A DNA stretch of 64,000 nucleotides from a bacterium (GTDB taxonomy: Bacteria; Electryoneota; JAOADG01): contig OY820579.1 in assembly GCA_963681965.1 (NCBI GenBank), forward strand, positions 3,744,001-3,808,000. Reading direction: 5' to 3'. How positions within the stretch are numbered: position 1 is the stretch's first letter; each line of letters opens with the position of its first letter. Below are positions 60,789 to 64,000 of the stretch, piece by piece. The position numbers and the translations under genes are program-made. The notes under the pieces were generated by a model. The model searched no databases. It was not told where the DNA came from and saw nothing but the letters and a program-made list of their open reading frames with translations.

Positions 60789-61645
60789 GCAATAATCCAC
60801 ATCGGTAGACAGCCCCAGATCGCAATCCAACCAAGTCCGTTGAGAAAGGCAATCATCGGTCCCGATTGCCGGCTCAACATCCCCGCCATGCGATAAAATT
60901 GCAGCGACTGATCGAGCATCGGATCGGTCTGATAATCTGCGAAATTGATGAATCGCGAGGCGATCGAGGCACCGACGATCGTTAACACAAATGCTGCAAC
61001 TTGTTCCAGAGTGGTGATGCGCCAGAGGATCCGTTTCATCTCTTTGGGAATATGCCGCAGAAATTTAATCCGGTCTTTCAGCGTACAGTCGCCCGATAGC
61101 GATGCCACTGCCAGCCAGCGGAAGCGCGGATAAATCACACCAATGACGATTCCGAAAATGCTCGTAACCAATCCCATCATTAACACCAGACTCGTAACCC
61201 GCAGCGCTACCGACATCGATTCCGCAACTTGAACATATTCGACCAGCAGCATCAAACTCCCACTCAATACCATCATTGTAACAGTGATTCCGAGTGCGAA
61301 ATCGAGCAATCCGGGAATAATGGTTCCGATGATGATATCGCGAGCGGTGATAGTGTGTTGCGTGCCGCGATAGATGCGCAACAACCAGAAAGTCGCAGGT
61401 GCGAGTGAAACGGCGGCGATCACAAATCCGGCGAGCGACAGTTTTAGACCGTGCCAAAACCATTGCCATTGAAATGCTGTGGAATCGATCAGTATCAGCC
61501 GGAAATCCGGTGTCTTGATCATCCCCATCCCGATCCAACCGGGGATCGAGAGCAGACTGAAAATGACGATCGGCAACCACCCTTTGCGATAGAATCGTCC
61601 GGTCTCGGCATAGATATCGTGAAAATTATCGACGTTCAGATTCAT
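60707..61645 (-). CDS. Hypothetical multi-pass membrane protein
   Basis: 312 aa with about 6 hydrophobic segments; 3' end overlaps the convergent phosphorylase. Confidence 0.65.
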   Translation of the reverse strand: MNLNVDNFHDIYAETGRFYRKGWLPIVIFSLLSIPGWIGMGMIKTPDFRLILIDSTAFQWQWFWHGLKLSLAGFVIAAVSLAPATFWLLRIYRGTQHTITARDIIIGTIIPGLLDFALGITVTMMVLSGSLMLLVEYVQVAESMSVALRVTSLVLMMGLVTSIFGIVIGVIYPRFRWLAVASLSGDCTLKDRIKFLRHIPKEMKRILWRITTLEQVAAFVLTIVGASIASRFINFADYQTDPMLDQSLQFYRMAGMLSRQSGPMIAFLNGLGWIAIWGCLPMWIIAYEALPKPVSAARFNAGKMIPIASQTD

Positions 61646-61707
61646 TGTTTCCCATTACATGATTTGGAGCAGATATGCGGCATATACTATTTATCTTTAC
61701 ATCTTTG

Positions 61708-62027
61708 GTAGGGGCGGTTCGCGAACCGCCCGTGTCTATTCATAAGCCACAATAGGGGCGTATGGCATACTCCCATTCTTGAATTCTGTAGTAGTGCCCA
61801 ACTCCGATTGGGCGTTATTAATCTGGTATCTTGATCTGTCGTTGCGAAAGCGCCATTCGGCGCATGTGGCAACCCACTCTTTGCTTCAGTTGATCCTTCT
61901 TCTTTGATATCCGTAATTGAATACCGAATCGAATCAAAAAGATGAAAACAAATGAAGATACGCAGTCTAAAGCCTGCGGCTGCAAACGACAAAAAAAGAA
62001 CGGGCGGGCGCGGGGACCCGCCCCTAC
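61708..62027. repeat. REP-like mosaic cluster
   Basis: GTAGGGGCGGTTCGCGAACCGCCC, GTAGTGCCCAACTCCGATTGGGC, GTCGTTGCGA..GCAACC, reverse GCAGCCGCAGGCTTTAGACTGCG and GTAGGGGCGGGTCCCC. Confidence 0.85.
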
Positions 62028-62077
62028 TAAAGCTGTAAAAATAACTTTAACAAAATCAGTGTTCCCTCTCGAATCCT

Positions 62078-62923
62078 CTATTTCATGCACCGGCAATCGT
62101 AGGTAATATAGGGAATGGTCAATCGGAATTCGCCTTGCCGTTCGGCGGCATGATTCAATCGATGTTCCAATTCGCGGAACAGCTCGGTTCGCAACGTTTC
62201 GGGTAGGATTTGTTTCCAACTTTCGAGAAATGCCAAGCGAATGAAGAAATGATTCAACATCGTGGTTCCGTCGACATACCGGAGATAGAATTTCTTCATT
62301 GTCTTCTGTCGAATCCGGAAGCCATTCTTTTCTAACAATCGATCGACTTCCGGCACCGGTCGCCGCTTCTCGTGGATATGATGCTTCACCAATTCGATCA
62401 AATCGGCAAGCTGGTACTCCAGCAATACCTCGCGTAAAATATCGTAGAATTCCGACATCGTCTCTTCGGTATTCATCGTGAATACGAGTTGGCAATTCGT
62501 TTTTGCCACACGGCGGCATTCAATCAGCACCTGAGTGAAATCGCGGACATTGTTCAAGCCGTTATTCGATACAATCAGGTCGAAGATCTCTTCGGGGAAC
62601 GGCAGGTTTTCTGCCACCCCTTCGATAATTTCGATATTCTTCAATCCGAGCAGTTTCACTTTCCAGCGGGCGCGTTCCACCGCCGCACTCCACGGATCGA
62701 TACCGTATACATTCGCCGTCGAACCCAGTCGCATTGCTAGTTCGATCAGCGGATACCCCAACCCGCAACCGATATCGAGGGCGGTACAGTCGCGAGTCAA
62801 TTTGACGGTATCAAGCAATACCTGACCGAACGGCGCCGACCAGATCGACGTATCGTCAAGCAGCGAAACGGTTTCCGGGTTCTCGGAATCGAAGGCGAGG
62901 GTGTGATCGATTTTTTCTATCAT
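62078..62923 (-). CDS. Class I SAM-dependent methyltransferase
   Basis: ALDIGCGLG, GIDPW, G.AENLPF...FDLIVSN; GAGG RBS before ATG at 62923. Confidence 0.88.
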   Translation of the reverse strand: MIEKIDHTLAFDSENPETVSLLDDTSIWSAPFGQVLLDTVKLTRDCTALDIGCGLGYPLIELAMRLGSTANVYGIDPWSAAVERARWKVKLLGLKNIEIIEGVAENLPFPEEIFDLIVSNNGLNNVRDFTQVLIECRRVAKTNCQLVFTMNTEETMSEFYDILREVLLEYQLADLIELVKHHIHEKRRPVPEVDRLLEKNGFRIRQKTMKKFYLRYVDGTTMLNHFFIRLAFLESWKQILPETLRTELFRELEHRLNHAAERQGEFRLTIPYITYDCRCMK

Positions 62924-63150
62924 TGCCGGTTCCTCGAATACAACTGCGACCAATTCTTGAGGAAATGAAGTGAACCACGATCTGATATCAGGATAATCAC
63001 TGCACCAATTCTGCGCAACTACTACGACTGAACGACATATTTCAATTTATTCAAATTTTGGTTGCAATCAAAAATCAACGGTTGTATGTTACAATAGTGA
63101 TACGAATGGATCTTCTAACTGCACTGCCACCATGGGAAAGGGAACACCCG

Positions 63151-64000
63151 ATGACGCAACTTCGATTTATCCCGTCTCTATTCGTTTTGATCCTATTTCT
63201 CCTCAATTTGCAGGTCTCGTCGGCACAGGATAGTTTGAATGTACGCCGCCTTGGTCGGATCGCGTTGCCCAACCCCTGGGCAGTGACCGTCCGAGGGAAT
63301 TATGCTTATGTTGCGACCGATTCGGGACTGTCCATCGTTGGAATCGCCGATCCATCCAATCCAATTCAAATTAGCAATATCCGGTTACCAGCAAGAGCGA
63401 TGGGAGTTGCCTTGTCCGGCAATTATGCTTATGTGGCCGATTTTACTTCAGGTCTACGGATAATCGACATTAGCAATCTAGAAGCACCTACCGAAGTCGG
63501 ATTCTATAGTACTCCATCAGGTGCGGAGGATGTAGCAATCAATGGCGAGTACGCATATGTCGCAGATTATTATTCCGGTTTCCGTATCATCAATATCAGC
63601 AATCCGGCAGAACCACAACCGGTGGGATTTTACGATACACCCGGTGAAGCATGCGACGTGGTCATCTCCGGTAATTATGCCTATATCGCCGATTGGCTTT
63701 CCGGTTTACGGATCATCGATATCAGTAATCCTGAAGCACCTACCGAAGTAGGATCCTATGCTACTCTATCGGCTGCGAGAAATCTTTCGGTTGTTGGCAA
63801 TTATGCTTATGTGGCTAATTGTGGTGACGGATTGAGGATTATCGATGTCTCCAATCCAGCCGCGCCTACCCAAGTGGTATTTTTTACGATACCAAATAAT
63901 AGTTATTGGAACATCGCGATGTCAGGCAATTTACTATTTATTGCTGATGTCACAAATGGTCTTCAAGTGATAAACGTCAGCAATCCGGAACGACCTTATC
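63151..64000 (+). CDS. Secreted LVIVD-repeat protein, 5' part; runs off the right edge
   Basis: Not in the ORF track; signal peptide then repeated GNYAYVAD..SGLRIIDISN...P.EVG.Y.T units. Confidence 0.9.
   Translation, partial: MTQLRFIPSLFVLILFLLNLQVSSAQDSLNVRRLGRIALPNPWAVTVRGNYAYVATDSGLSIVGIADPSNPIQISNIRLPARAMGVALSGNYAYVADFTSGLRIIDISNLEAPTEVGFYSTPSGAEDVAINGEYAYVADYYSGFRIINISNPAEPQPVGFYDTPGEACDVVISGNYAYIADWLSGLRIIDISNPEAPTEVGSYATLSAARNLSVVGNYAYVANCGDGLRIIDVSNPAAPTQVVFFTIPNNSYWNIAMSGNLLFIADVTNGLQVINVSNPERPY

Overview
Chromosomal window from a diderm bacterium, probably of the FCB superphylum. This is inferred from the LPS/Kdo/Lpt genes, rpoN and several secreted proteins ending in a 'YPNPFN...KIVLLK' sorting domain. 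The left half is mostly housekeeping: an RsbU-like phosphatase, accD, rimI, folP/folB/folK, ruvC, gatC, kdsB, an RlmI-like methyltransferase, an HDAC, hutI and kdsC-lptC-lptA-lptB-rpoN. The right half (about 33-55 kb) encodes a nearly complete but atypical type IV pilus system: PilB with a degenerate MshEN domain, HDOD and REC-cNMP regulators, a short secretin, PilC, PilT, fused PilM-N and PilO-P, three minor pilins and two near-identical major pilins. The pilins lack a canonical prepilin leader and Glu5. CRP-type boxes precede four of the pilus transcription units, and both pilin 5' leaders carry a covarying hairpin. Other notable items are an AT-rich, translationally coupled SDH/ClpP-fold protease + small acidic protein + PIN nuclease operon (candidate protease-linked toxin-antitoxin or defence module); a candidate ~150-nt structured ncRNA with its own promoter; more than 12 REP-like palindrome families forming mosaics and tandem arrays, some inside a coding gene; a 1063-bp IS inserted into one of these palindromes; and tRNA-Leu(CAG). 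All family calls come from reading motifs by eye; no database searches were run.
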